64,000 nt of DNA from the human T2T-CHM13v2.0 reference genome, Homo sapiens. The translations under genes were made by a program, and so were the position numbers. How positions within the stretch are numbered: the first letter of the stretch is position 1; every line of letters starts with the position of its first letter. Under the pieces are notes generated by a model that was given only the letters and a program-made list of their open reading frames with translations, did not search any database and was not told where the DNA came from. Positions 24,770 through 36,597 of the stretch are shown piece after piece. The stretch lies in the NCBI RefSeq assembly GCF_009914755.1, contig NC_060933.1; one strand, given 5' to 3'.

Positions 24770-25545
24770 GCACACAGACTCTCAGTTTGGACAGACCAGA
24801 GTTAGAATCTCAACTTCAGCACTTATTGGTGATGTGGATGGGCAAGATGCAAAAATCCCACTAACTCCTAAGCCCTCATCTGTAAATGAAGGGCAACAAC
24901 ATTACTTATCATATAGAGGCATTGGAACAATTAGATGAAATAATAGAGGTGCTGCACTTAGTGCCTGGCATACAGAAAGTTCTCAGTGGTGGCAGTCATT
25001 ATTTTCATTGTGCAGGGCATTTGTGAGTGTGATCTCATTCCGTGCCTAGAAAAAAAATCTCTAAGTATTGGGGAATATTATTCCAGTTTTACAAATGATG
25101 AAGGTAACTTGGCCAAGGACACAAAGGTAGTGATAGAGACATTATTCAACCATGGAGTTGATTTCCAAGTCATAAACCCTCATAAAATACCCATGGATTC
25201 CACATAGGGTACAGTCTTCGTAAGAATTCACTCATGAAATCTTATCAATTTAAATCAACAACGGATGCATAGAGAAGGAAAATGGTGGCCTGTTATATAG
25301 ATTAAGGGCATAGTTTCTGAAACCAGCTTATATAGAGTGAAAAATTGGGTTTGCCACTTAACCTTTGTGTGATCAATGTCACGTAGATAGGTATTTATTA
25401 ACATTTCAGATTCCTCATGTGAGGGACAGTATCCATCTTAAGGTTTGTTGTGAGGATTGAAAGTGATAATATGCAGAGAACAAAATTTGGAACACTGCCT
25501 GGCATACAGTAAATACTCAAAATAAATGTCAGGTATTATGATTAT
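24770..25545 (+). mobile_element. Cluster of MIR fragments
   Basis: Repeated MIR cores (ctcatctgtaaatg, agtgcctggcatacag). Confidence 0.6.
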
Positions 25546-25710
25546 TTCTCTAGATCAGGCAGCAAAATAGCAGCAAATATAAGACTAAAGCCAATGTCTT
25601 TTTACTCCTAAGTTGAAGTCCTTTAAACATTGCTTCAATGACAATATTAATAGCCATTTGTGACTATGCACTCAGTATGTGCCAGCCTGGGTATTAGGCA
25701 CCATTGTATG

Positions 25711-25769
25711 TTTTTTCCACTCTTTTCTCCACTCTTTTCAATAATTTTTCTCCACTCTTTTCAATAATT
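25711..25769. repeat. Short tandem duplication (ctccactcttttcaataatt x2, with a partial third unit)
   Basis: Read directly from the sequence. Confidence 0.8.
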
Positions 25770-28700
25770 CTGTGAGATTGGTATGATCAGTTTTGTTTCA
25801 TACATAAGGAAACTGAGGCTCAGAGGCATGAAGGGATGTGCCTAACGTAAAATTACCAGGAAGCAGGAAGTAGAAGAGACTATATTCAGAGCCAGGTCTG
25901 CTGAATTCCATCGCTCTGCTTTTTTTCTCTGCATCCTGCCACCTGCACAGCTGAGGAGGGTATGCTGAAGCTGAGGCAGAGGACAAGAGGAGATGACTGT
26001 TTACTCTCACTTTCTGGACTAGGTTCAGAGTACTTCCTTGCTGCATCACCTTTTGTGATATTAATATTCAGATGATGCAACCTTTGGGACAAGGTAGATG
26101 CTCGACTCTAGCCTTCACAAGCCTACAAAGCATGATGGCTCCACCCCAGGAGGCATGGATGGTAGCAGGTTCCAGTGGCTGAATGGGAGCTGGTTTCCCT
26201 GCATGGGTGAGCAGGATATCTGTGCTGTCAAAAGGGGATGGAGTGCATAGACCCTAGCCTCCAGACTTCTTTGAGATTTGACTAGAAGATTTGGGTCTTC
26301 TCACAAACCACCTTGGATCTTCACCAAAGATGAAAACAATAGTGTATCCAGCAGGGTCAGGGCCATGATGTCATGAATTGCCAGACACAAGTTTTAATCC
26401 TGGGGAAATCCTGGCCCCAGAACTGCCTTTTTGTTAGCCCAGGAGACTTAGACAAATCAATTAAACTCATGAATCTCAGATTTCTCAGTTGTGAAATGGG
26501 GAGACAGATCCCAGCCATCTTAAATGTAAACACTCTTTTTGTTCTTGCTGCATTGTCTGTGGCCAGAATGACAAGGGTAGAGTCTGAGCCACAGAGAGGC
26601 CTGACCTCCAGGCCAAGCCCTGCTGACTGACTGAGGGATCTTAGACAAGTCCTAGCCTGTCCCAGACCTCAGTATCCAACTATGGAATAAAAGGGTATAA
26701 TAAATCAGCACATCTCAAGTTTTTCAACTAAACTGCCCCTATTAACAAAAGCAAATACCCTTAAGTGCCAAGCTCCTCTGATCTGAGGACTTGTTGTGTC
26801 TACATAACTATTAGTATAATCCTTGTTCTATAAATGACAAAAACAAGACAAAGGGCTCATACCCGAGTTCAGTGTCAGAGAGAGACCTCAAGTCTGTGCT
26901 CCAAGTCTGTGCTTATGGCTGTCTTCCTACCTCTAGAGAGAGCAGTGTTATTGGCATGCCCCACCTCTCAGAGGAAGAACACCCTGGGGTTCAGTGTCTC
27001 CAAGACATGACTCTGTTCCCTGAGGGGAGGGCAGGGACAGGAGAGATCCAGATTATGGAGCCCTGAATGGGGGAAGGAACTTTGGACCACACGGTGGTAG
27101 CCTTGGGTCACTTTGGCTCATGGGTGGGGAGGGTCTGAAGGGTGCCAGCTTCCACGTTACCTACTCTGCCAGCCAAATCTGGAACTACAGGGAATTTCAG
27201 TGACATCTGGGTCTTAGTGAGTTATTATTTCGAAGCTGAACTCACTGAGCAAAAGGGAAAGTTGAGGAAAACCTACCATCCTGGGGAGAAAGTCTGATTC
27301 AGTGAAACTAACACTGGACCTGGAAGCAAAAAAGACACATTGGAGGCTCATTTATAATTGAGATAATACTATCCAGGTTACTGGGTTACAAGAAGGATAC
27401 ATGCAAGTAAATGTGCTGAAACACAGAAAATGTTTAATGAACATTGGTCAAAATTGAGTCTCACTCTCAAATGTTAAAGGAAGAAGAGCATTCACACCCC
27501 TCCGCCTCTTCCTAACATTAGATGGTGTCCCACACCCCATGAGGAACTCAGCAAGTGCCCTGAGATGGTGCTTATAAATTTGCACCCCAAACTTAGCATG
27601 CAGGCACCCACTTGCTTGGTGTGAGGCTGCATCATTTGCTAAATATACATATGGAAAAAGTCTATCACACTCATTCCATGAATAACACAAAGGCCTTGAT
27701 TTGTTCCTCCACGTGATGAGCATGCGTAAGGTCCAAAATTAACATTGCTGTCTGGCTGGGGAGTGTATGTGTTTTTCCAAAAAGAGAAAACTTCTAAGAT
27801 CTTACTCAGCCCTAATCAGAATGTCTAATGCACAGTGTTCGTTGAAGAGAAACGAGAAAGAGACTAAAACTAAAGGTCGCTCCGTTGTGGAGTCTCAAAA
27901 AATACTGCTGATTGTTAAATTGAAGGAAGAAATGAGGGTTGAGAGGTAGCTCTGCTCTGCTGAGTGGCTTTATGCCAATCACTTCACCCCTCTGGGCCAT
28001 AGCCTCCTCATATGTATGTTGGAGATACCATTTCCTAACCTTGGGTATCTGGCAGAGCCGTACTAAAGAAGAAAAGGAGAAGTGAATGTAAGAGGGGCTT
28101 TGAGGAATATAAAGCATCAGAAAGATGTGAAGTTTCTTCCTGAGCCCATTAGACTCTGTGCTTTCTACCTACTGGATTTATTTTCTGGTTTTGTTTTTCT
28201 ATCTACCATGCAATGCCAATAAATATAGCTTTTTAAAGAAAGCATATAATATAAGCCCAGATACTTTTAGACTACCACTCAAGTGATTCCAGCCCTAGTA
28301 ACCTTCTGGGTGGAGGCAGCAGACTCAGAGTTCTGTATCATGGGGCCAACAGAGCTGAACAGCCACATCCTCTCTCTGCAAACATGTGGAGGTGATTCGC
28401 TGGACCTCATCCATTCTTGGCAAGAGCACAATGAGATAATTTCCATACATGTATCCAGTATAGTGCTTAACAAATGGTAGATACTCAAGAAATTCTTGAA
28501 TTGAGAGAAAACAGGGTGTACAGGTCATAGTTCAGGCTTAGTAGCCAGATATGCTTGGATTTGAACACTCAAGAGTAGTTCCATCATTCGCTGGCTATGT
28601 GATCTTAGGTAAGTTTCTTTGCCCCTCAGCCACAGTATTCACAACTATAAAGAGAATTATGGAGGGGCTTTTGTGGACCCCCACAATGGCTACGTCCAGC

Positions 28701-29175
28701 CCAGCTACAAGGGCCACCATGCAGTTGTTGCAAGGGTTAAAACACCTGACACATCAAGGGTACTTAGGAAAAGGCAGCCTGTTCTGGTTTTATTCCAATT
28801 TTGTTTGTTCAGTCATTCTTGGAATGGCCAGTTGTATTCTGAATCACCAAACCTCAGCCCTCAGCAAAGCAGGCCAAGCACATGACAGATGTTAAACAGC
28901 TATTCCCAGAGATGTCAGCCAAAAGGCCGAGGAGTTGGAGACCCTTTATTTTCTTCTCTGAAGCACAATTAGTTTGTCACAGCTGACAGATGATGGATGG
29001 GTATGCATCAGTCCAAGTGACATCACAGAATCCATCTGATTTTCTGTTTCTCATTCTAACCTCTTGAGTTTGGTTCTTTCCTTCCATCTGTGGACAATCC
29101 CCCGCCCCCTCCATCTCTCCACCCATTCCTCCCCCACGCAATCCCCGACCCCGGTCACATCCCCCCATCACTCAC

Positions 29176-29363
29176 CATCACAGAAATGTGGAGGATGTGC
29201 ATCTGCTCCTCAACAATCTCCGAGGGCTCCTGGAGAGTGGGGGCGGTGGCTTGGGCCAGCTGCCCGGAGCTGCTCATGGAGACGTGGAAGTACAAGGTGC
29301 CATTCTCCAGCCACTGCTGTCTCCAGTGCACCAGCGAGATGTCCGCCGCTGTGCCAGACATCT
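29176..29363 (-). CDS. ASTN2: Astrotactin-2 internal coding exon (exon 2, 188 bp), N-terminal luminal segment just before the first TM helix
   Basis: The minus strand reads ...ggctcacccagtgcctcgggtcttgtcttgcag|AG ATG TCT GGC...TCT GTG ATG|gtgagt, giving a CTCAC branch-point-like motif, a pyrimidine tract, a CAG acceptor and a GTGAGT donor. The peptide (E)MSGTAADISLVHWRQQWLENGTLYFHVSMSSSGQLAQATAPTLQEPSEIVEEQMHILHISVM matches ASTN2 from memory. The exon starts in phase 1 and ends in phase 0, retains CpGs locally and has an NGT sequon. Confidence 0.96.
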
Positions 29364-30879
29364 CTGCAAGACAAGACCCGAGGCACTGGGTGAGCCGTAC
29401 GCCTGGCCTTGGTGCTCCAGGGAGGAAAAGAGCCCACATAATCAGGAGCTCAGAAGGCATCCATTTTTTGCCAGGATACCTTTCCTCACATCAAGTCTAT
29501 GAGATAGGGATCATCACTTTCATTTATAGATGAGTCAACTGTGACCAAGATTCACCTAAAGTAACAGAGTAGTGGAAGCAGGGTTTGCACCTACATCTGT
29601 CTGAGGCCGTTTTTAGTACATCACATGTGATCAGGTAATTCATTCTACTCTGATAGTGGAATGAAACTAAGGATAAAAGTGCTTTCATTCTTTTGTGGCT
29701 ATGGAACTAGAAGAAGATGAAGGAAAGAAATCCATGAAAGGAGTGGGAGTTGAGAGTGTGGATTCTTTAGAAGTTGAGCTGGAAGTACTCATGGCCAAAC
29801 CTCGGAGCCAGAAAGGCCCAAGAGAGCATCAACTCAGCTGAGGTAGCTCAGGGTCATCTTGCATGGGAAAGGAGCTTGCCAAGAGGGTTGCCCTGAGCGT
29901 GTTCCTCTTGCTTCCACAAGAGCAGCTCCATTTTTTGTAAGGTATATACTGCACTCCCAAGCAAGGAAATGTTGGCATAAAGTTTCCTTGGCTTAAAAAT
30001 ACTGGCAAAGCTACTGCCCCATCCCAACGTTCTCATATAGCCAGTGAGGAGTGAGGACTTTCTAGTAAATTGTAAAATTCAATCTCCCAACTTGAAGTTT
30101 CTAACTCTTATCTCTATGCTGGTTTTCCTTCTGTAAATACTTTTAAAGTGATTATCATTTGAATAGTATTTTTGTTCAATGTATCATACCTTTTTATTAG
30201 TAAAAAAGGGTCATGGCATAAGATGATGAAAGTGTCATTGCAAGGGGATTGTACAATTGTTCCAAAGTCCCCTTGACTAAAGGTGTATGTGCCTGCAAAT
30301 GTCCTAGAAAGACAAGGCCTATCAGTGAATCTTATGCATGAATACAAGAGAAGGGTGGTGGATTTCTTGGAGGATTATTAGGTCTGCATTCAAGGGAGAC
30401 AAACAGGAGACAAATAGCCTTTATAATGTCCATCAGTAGACAAGTAGTCTTAGTGGTGCTAGAGGCTTAGAACCTTGACCCCTCCCTCCTGAGACAGCTA
30501 TGACCTTGAGGCAGTATTCCTACAGTCTCCAAAGACCTCGAGTGCATTCACACACACACACAAACACACACACACGAGGAGAGCTGATAGGCAAGCTGAG
30601 TTACAGCAACTTATCCAATCAGCTCTCTCCATGTCCCACTGCAGCACCCATCATATCTGATGACACGGAATGAAAAAGAATCAACTTGAAAAGAAGAGGA
30701 GATGATACTACCAAATCACTTACTCATCACCCAATTCCACTGAACTATTCTTATATCATCAATGCCCAATAGACTCTCCCTCCTTGAGGTTCACAATCAA
30801 AAATCCTTAGGAGAAGAGTGTTTAGCACTTAATAAGGGCTAAAAAATGTTAGCTATGAATTTTTAAGTTAGATATTGAT

Positions 30880-31290
30880 TTATCATCATCATCATCATTA
30901 TTGATAGGAACAGGATCTAATTCATCCTTCAGCTGCTCTGAAAAAAAAGAAAAAAAACAACAAACAAACCATGAGCCATCCTTGACAGCTTGCTTTCTCT
31001 CCCACTCCTCATTCAGTTCATCAGAAAATCCTTCCAAAGTCATCCAACATTCAACCCTTTGCAGTCCCTCTACATCAGCCACATGGGACAAGGCGTCATG
31101 CTGTCTTGCCTGGCTTACTGCAAGGACTCCTTAACTTGACTCTCTTCTTCCACCCTTGTCCATTCTATTCTCAGCCAGGAGCCAGAGGAATCCTGCCAAG
31201 CAAAAGTCATCTCACATCACTAAGCCCTCCATTTACAGTCTTTGCATGGCCTCCTACTCATTCCAAGTAAAAGACAAAGTGGTGAGAACA
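30880..31290 (+). mobile_element. L2 fragment
   Basis: tctctcccactcctcattcag...ttactgcaa..actccttaact..ctctcttcttccacccttgtcc..ctattctcagcc..agccagagg. Confidence 0.6.
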
Positions 31291-32889
31291 TAGTAAGTTA
31301 TTAGGCCAAGCAAACACATGCTTGGGCTTCCCTTGCAGCTGGAAGAGTTGAACAGGCCTTGAGATAATCACGAAGGTTTGTCAGCACTTAGAGCACAGGC
31401 CCCAAAGGCCCTGAGAACCCATTGTCGTTCTGGGGAGGGGCTGATTGGGTGATCAATTTGAGTGGTAGGTCTCCTCTCAGCACCTTCTCTTCATCCCAGG
31501 CTGGGGTGATCTGCTGCCCCACTGACCCCCTCCCAGCCTTAGCACCCAAGGCCTTGGCAGTAGCTTCTCTGGCAGACAGCCAGCTGGGCCAAGGCAAGGT
31601 GAAGACATTATGGTAAATGGTCTGGCTCATTTTTCTCTCAGTGCATCAAAGCCTAAAACCAGAGGTCCAGGGAACCCAGGGCTGAAAGCTGCACTAGAAA
31701 TAGCAGTGTCTAATTCAGTAGTTCCATGTGCTGCTGGCTAGGCAGGCACTCCACGTGCTGAGAGTCCCTGGAATGGCACCAGAAGAAAGCTCCAAGGTAG
31801 GCTACATCTGGTTGACACAGCCTGGCACAGTTGAAGGCGGAGCGAGCAGAGGGATGCTTGTGGAAATCTGAGCTCCTTGCTCCTAGCACTCTCTCCAGCC
31901 TGTGCCTGAAATCCCACTATTAAAGAGGCTTCCCCTTTCCATGTTCAGATGAGAAAGCAGAAGGTCTCAGAAGGTTAGTGACTTAAGTTCACTGGTGAAT
32001 TTGTACCTAGCTAGAACCAGTGGATTTCCAGTCCATGCAATTTCTACTATGCCAGTTGCACTTACATCTCCTTTCTCTTGACTAAATTAGCCCATGAACC
32101 AAAACTAGATTGAGCTCTTTGTTTGCTACAGCGATGAGTGCACAGTCAGCAGACAGTAAACGTTAAATGATAATAACAGTGTGTGAAACACAGTAAATAT
32201 TGAATCACAGAGAATAACTCCGGACTTACTTTATTACAAAGAAAAGAAACTGTTGTTGAAGAGGAGAGAGGAGGGGTATGAAATGTTAAAGGGAAAAATG
32301 CTTTAGCAGAAGCAGAAGGCCTCGATCATTCATTCACTCATTATTCATTTATTCATGCATTTGTTTATTTATTCAACATACTTATCAAACACCTACTCAA
32401 TCCCAGGCAGCTCAATAGCTCAGAACACGGAGTTAAATGAGACATAGCCTTGCCTTCAGGGAGCTCATAATCATTTAGCAGTGGAAATTCTACCCAGCCA
32501 AATGTCTCCTTGCCCATGTTACTGTCCATACACATACACACTCTCCATTGACCATGGTCCAGGCAACTGTGTGTTATCGGGACTATCTTCTACCATCACC
32601 CCTTCTTCACACACTCCATCCCTGCAGGACTTACAACTGTTTCTCAAACAAGGCAGACTCCCACTTGTCTCAGGCCATGAGTACTTTCTGCCCAACATTC
32701 CTAGCGCTCTCCTCCCAGAACCTATGAGCTGTCTTCTTCTCAGTGTTTGTCTCTCAGTCCAAATGATACCTGCTTGGAAAAGCTGTGCCTGTCCACTCTA
32801 GCTGAAGTGGTCCTCTTCACACACATCCAACCTTTATTATATCCCTTTTACAAAAACTTTCTACAGCAGTTATCATGATTAGAAATTCA

Positions 32890-33221
32890 GGCTGGGTGCA
32901 GTGGCTCACACCTGTAATCTCAGCATTTTGAGAGGCCGAGGCAGGCGGATCACTTGAAGCCAGGCATTTGAGACCAGCCCGGCCAACATGGTGAAAGCCC
33001 ATCTCTACTAAAAATACAAAAATTAACCAAGCATGGTGGCATGTACCTGTAATCCCAGCTACTCAGGAGGCAGAGGCCCAAGAATCGCTTGAACTCGGAA
33101 AGTGGAGGTTGCAGGGAGCCAAGATTGCGCCACTGCACTCCAGCCTGGGCAACAGAATGAGACCCTGTCTTTAAAATAAAATAAAATAAAATAAGAAAGA
33201 AAGAACGAAAGAAAGAAATAA
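32890..33221 (+). mobile_element. AluS, full length, with a (TAAAA)n/(GAAA)n tail, inserted in an L2 3' end
   Basis: Complete dimer. The L2 terminus gtgcttggcacataatacatgctcagtaaataattactgaat follows at ~33225-33370. Confidence 0.95.
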
Positions 33222-33846
33222 ATTTATGCTTTACATTTCCTTGAACATGTGTTTATTGTCTCTCTCTCCAGGAGAGCAGAGACCTTGTGTGTCTTATTTC
33301 CTGCCATCTCTCACGCACTTTGGAAAGTGCTTGGCACATAATACATGCTCAGTAAATAATTACTGAATCACTGAGTTACATACATATATGTATATATATT
33401 TCAAATACTCATGCCCTTTTTCATCTTTAAAATGCTTAATGCATATATATATATATTTCAGTGATTTGGTATATATATATTTATGTATTTACATATATTT
33501 CAGTGACTCAGTAACACACTTACTTGCACACATCCATAATAAAATGGTGGAGGGACTAAAAAATAGAATTCAAAGAGTGTTACATTTCATCAGAGAATTA
33601 AAAAAAAAAAAGAAGAAGAAGAAGTAAAGGTCGATTGAAAACTCCAAAGTGGGAAAAGACTCTCCCAGCTTGCAACCAAGAACTACTTCCAGAAGGTGGT
33701 GGTAGGAGCATTGCAGAGGATGGACAGATTCATGTCCCTCAGAGAGGAGGAGGAGAAGGCATAGAGATCAGCTGGTCATCGCAGGGGCATGAAGCTGCGT
33801 GTGTATGTCGGAGTGGAGCAGAATGTCAGGTGAGAAATGTAGTTCA

Positions 33847-34234
<388 letters not shown>

Positions 34235-34339
34235 TCAGAACCAGTAGAGTACACTTGGTCAGAAAACCAGTCCTGTGTCCCTTAAAAACAGGTTAATAGA
34301 ACAGTAACATGACCAAAACCAGTTCTTGAGATTCTCTGC

Positions 34340-35200
34340 TGATTGATTTTCCAATTGCATTTTCCCTTTTCTCTTCCCCTACTCCTTCCATATAAACATT
34401 TCATTGAAGTCTCCAAGTCATATTACAATCAAAGTTTAAGCAAAAGGGGGACTAAATGCATTGGGTCAGGAACCAAGACGATTCCCATAAAGGCAGATTA
34501 TGCTGACATGATGAATATAAAATGAAACAGCAGATATTAAAGTGGGAGAATTGGTGCACCATGCCTTTTGGCAGTAGGCTGACTCCAGTGCCTGCCTCCC
34601 TCCCACCCTGGATAGCTTGGTTTTATATTGGAATCATAAAGAAACACAGGGATTGCCTTTTCACCTTTTTCTGCTCTCCCCCATGGGCTGCAACTCGTGA
34701 AATATTCAACAGGCTCAAATCCCCTCAACTGCCCCACAGAAGCTGAGAGAGAGGATCAGCCTTCATCAGTGATTCTGGGTAGACTGCCATCCTGCCTCGG
34801 TGGCCACTGATGCCTTTCAGCCTCCCGGAAAAGAAATAAAAAATCCCAAAGGCATGTTGTGCTTTTAATCGGCTTGTTCTTCCTAATCTATGGCACTCAT
34901 TGTATTTTTATTTAATTCCTGAAGGTCATTAAGAAAATAAGCAGCTCTTCTCATCACCAGCCATCTTGGTAACATCTCCCAAGTGGCTAACTAACCGGCC
35001 TTCTGATTCTACAGCACCAGCTGACCCTCCAGCAGATTATTTGCTGAAGCCCAGAGAAAGCTTCCAATGAGTTTGCAAATGATCTTTTTCTCACTGTGGG
35101 GAAAGCAGACATTACATGAGATGAACTCACCGCCCGGGCAGAAAGAGTTGGGAAAGGTAGTGGTGTTGACTTTAACCAACCTTGCCACTAGCTATTCCAG
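34340..35200. promoter_or_regulatory. Candidate conserved non-coding element/enhancer
   Basis: Repeat-free block with TGATTGAT (PBX), TAATC/TAATT cores, a CAGCTG E-box and a TTTGCAAAT octamer-like motif. Confidence 0.3.
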
Positions 35201-35343
35201 CATTCATGGGTGATTGTCACACATCAAGTCTTGCTGAGTGAGCCTGGGAAATAATCGCAAATACTCATGCCCTTTTTCATCTCTAAAATGCTTAATTAAT
35301 GCAAAGCTTTATCATCTCTCTCATGGGCTATTGCAAATGGTTC

Positions 35344-35850
35344 TGTGCCAGTCAGGGTCTCATCAGAGAAGAGGAGACATACTCAGGAAGGTCAATGAGA
35401 AGTGTTTAATGAAGGGAGCATTTACAAAGGCTTGGGCTAGGTTAAGGCAAACTAATGATGAGCAACGAAGTACTCCCACATTGATAACAGCAAGGAATTG
35501 TTACCACCCTAGGCCTGAAGGGGCAAGGGATGGTGGGGATGGGGGATTATCAAACCCTAAAAATGCCATAGCTGTAGGAAAGGGCTACCATATAGCTACC
35601 AGATAAGAACTATAGCTTTTTCTAAAATAATCCAGCCACTGCCAATGCACAACCTAGGATGGAAGCTTTCAAGAGGGTAATTTCCCAACCTCATCCTCCT
35701 TCTACCCACCAATTTTTTGCAGGTGTCTCACACAAGTTGACCTTGACTAAACGCCCAAGAATGCTTAAATGAAACAAATCATATAAGTCAGCCTTCCTGG
35801 GTGCACAGCAGGTGGGAAAGGGGATCTCAAGAAGTAAATGAATAGGCTCC
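35344..35850 (-). mobile_element. Ancient ERV-class LTR (subfamily uncertain)
   Basis: gtttaatgaagggagcatttacaaagg...ttgttaccaccctaggcctgaaggggcaaggg resembles old mammalian LTRs. Confidence 0.5.
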
Positions 35851-36496
35851 TTAACAGGTATCCCTACCTTCGGGCTTCCTTCCTTCCAGCCAACCATTAA
35901 ATGGCTACCAGGATGAAATTTCTAACTTGTCAAACTGACCATGTAATTCCATTGCTCAAAACCCTCCAATGTTTTCTACTATCCCTCATAATAAAACCTA
36001 ATTTATTGAACCAGACACACAAGGCCCTTCCTGGCCTGTTATGTGCATTTCTCCCCAGTCTGATCTCTTCCTATGCCTTTCCTTGCACTTAAATATTAAT
36101 TCTCACCAGATATTTATATAACGTACCACATATACTATGTGTTTTTCCTAATTTAATATGTTGTGCTCCTCCATGCTTTCATAAGGAGGAATATTGCATG
36201 CTGCATAAGATCACAGGGTCTGGAGACCAACTGCTTGAATTTGCATCCCAGGTCCCATGTGTTCAACCTGTGTGTTTTTGGGCAAGCTCTTCGCTTCTTC
36301 ATGCCTCAGTTCCCCCATCTACCAAATGAGGATAATAACAGCACCTGCCTCACAGGGTCGTTTTTAGAATCAAATGAGATAATACAAACAAATTAGCTGT
36401 TAGGTTGGTCTTGATACTTAGACAGCACTCCACAGTTACATTTGTTATATATTACTTCATATACATAGTTATAGTATCCTCTTTTACTACTGTCTT

Positions 36497-36510
36497 GGTG
36501 TGTGTATATA

Positions 36511-36543
<33 letters not shown>

Positions 36544-36550
36544 GTGCATA

Positions 36551-36597
<47 letters not shown>
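36497..36597. repeat. Compound (TA)n(TG)n microsatellite
   Basis: Read directly from the sequence. Confidence 0.95.

Noticed and set aside
29064-29533. Plus-strand ORFs (104-147 aa) over the exon, and the extended 29155-29460 minus ORF
   Set aside because: These are antisense shadows of the GC-rich ASTN2 exon. The real coding part is bounded by the splice sites at 29176-29363.
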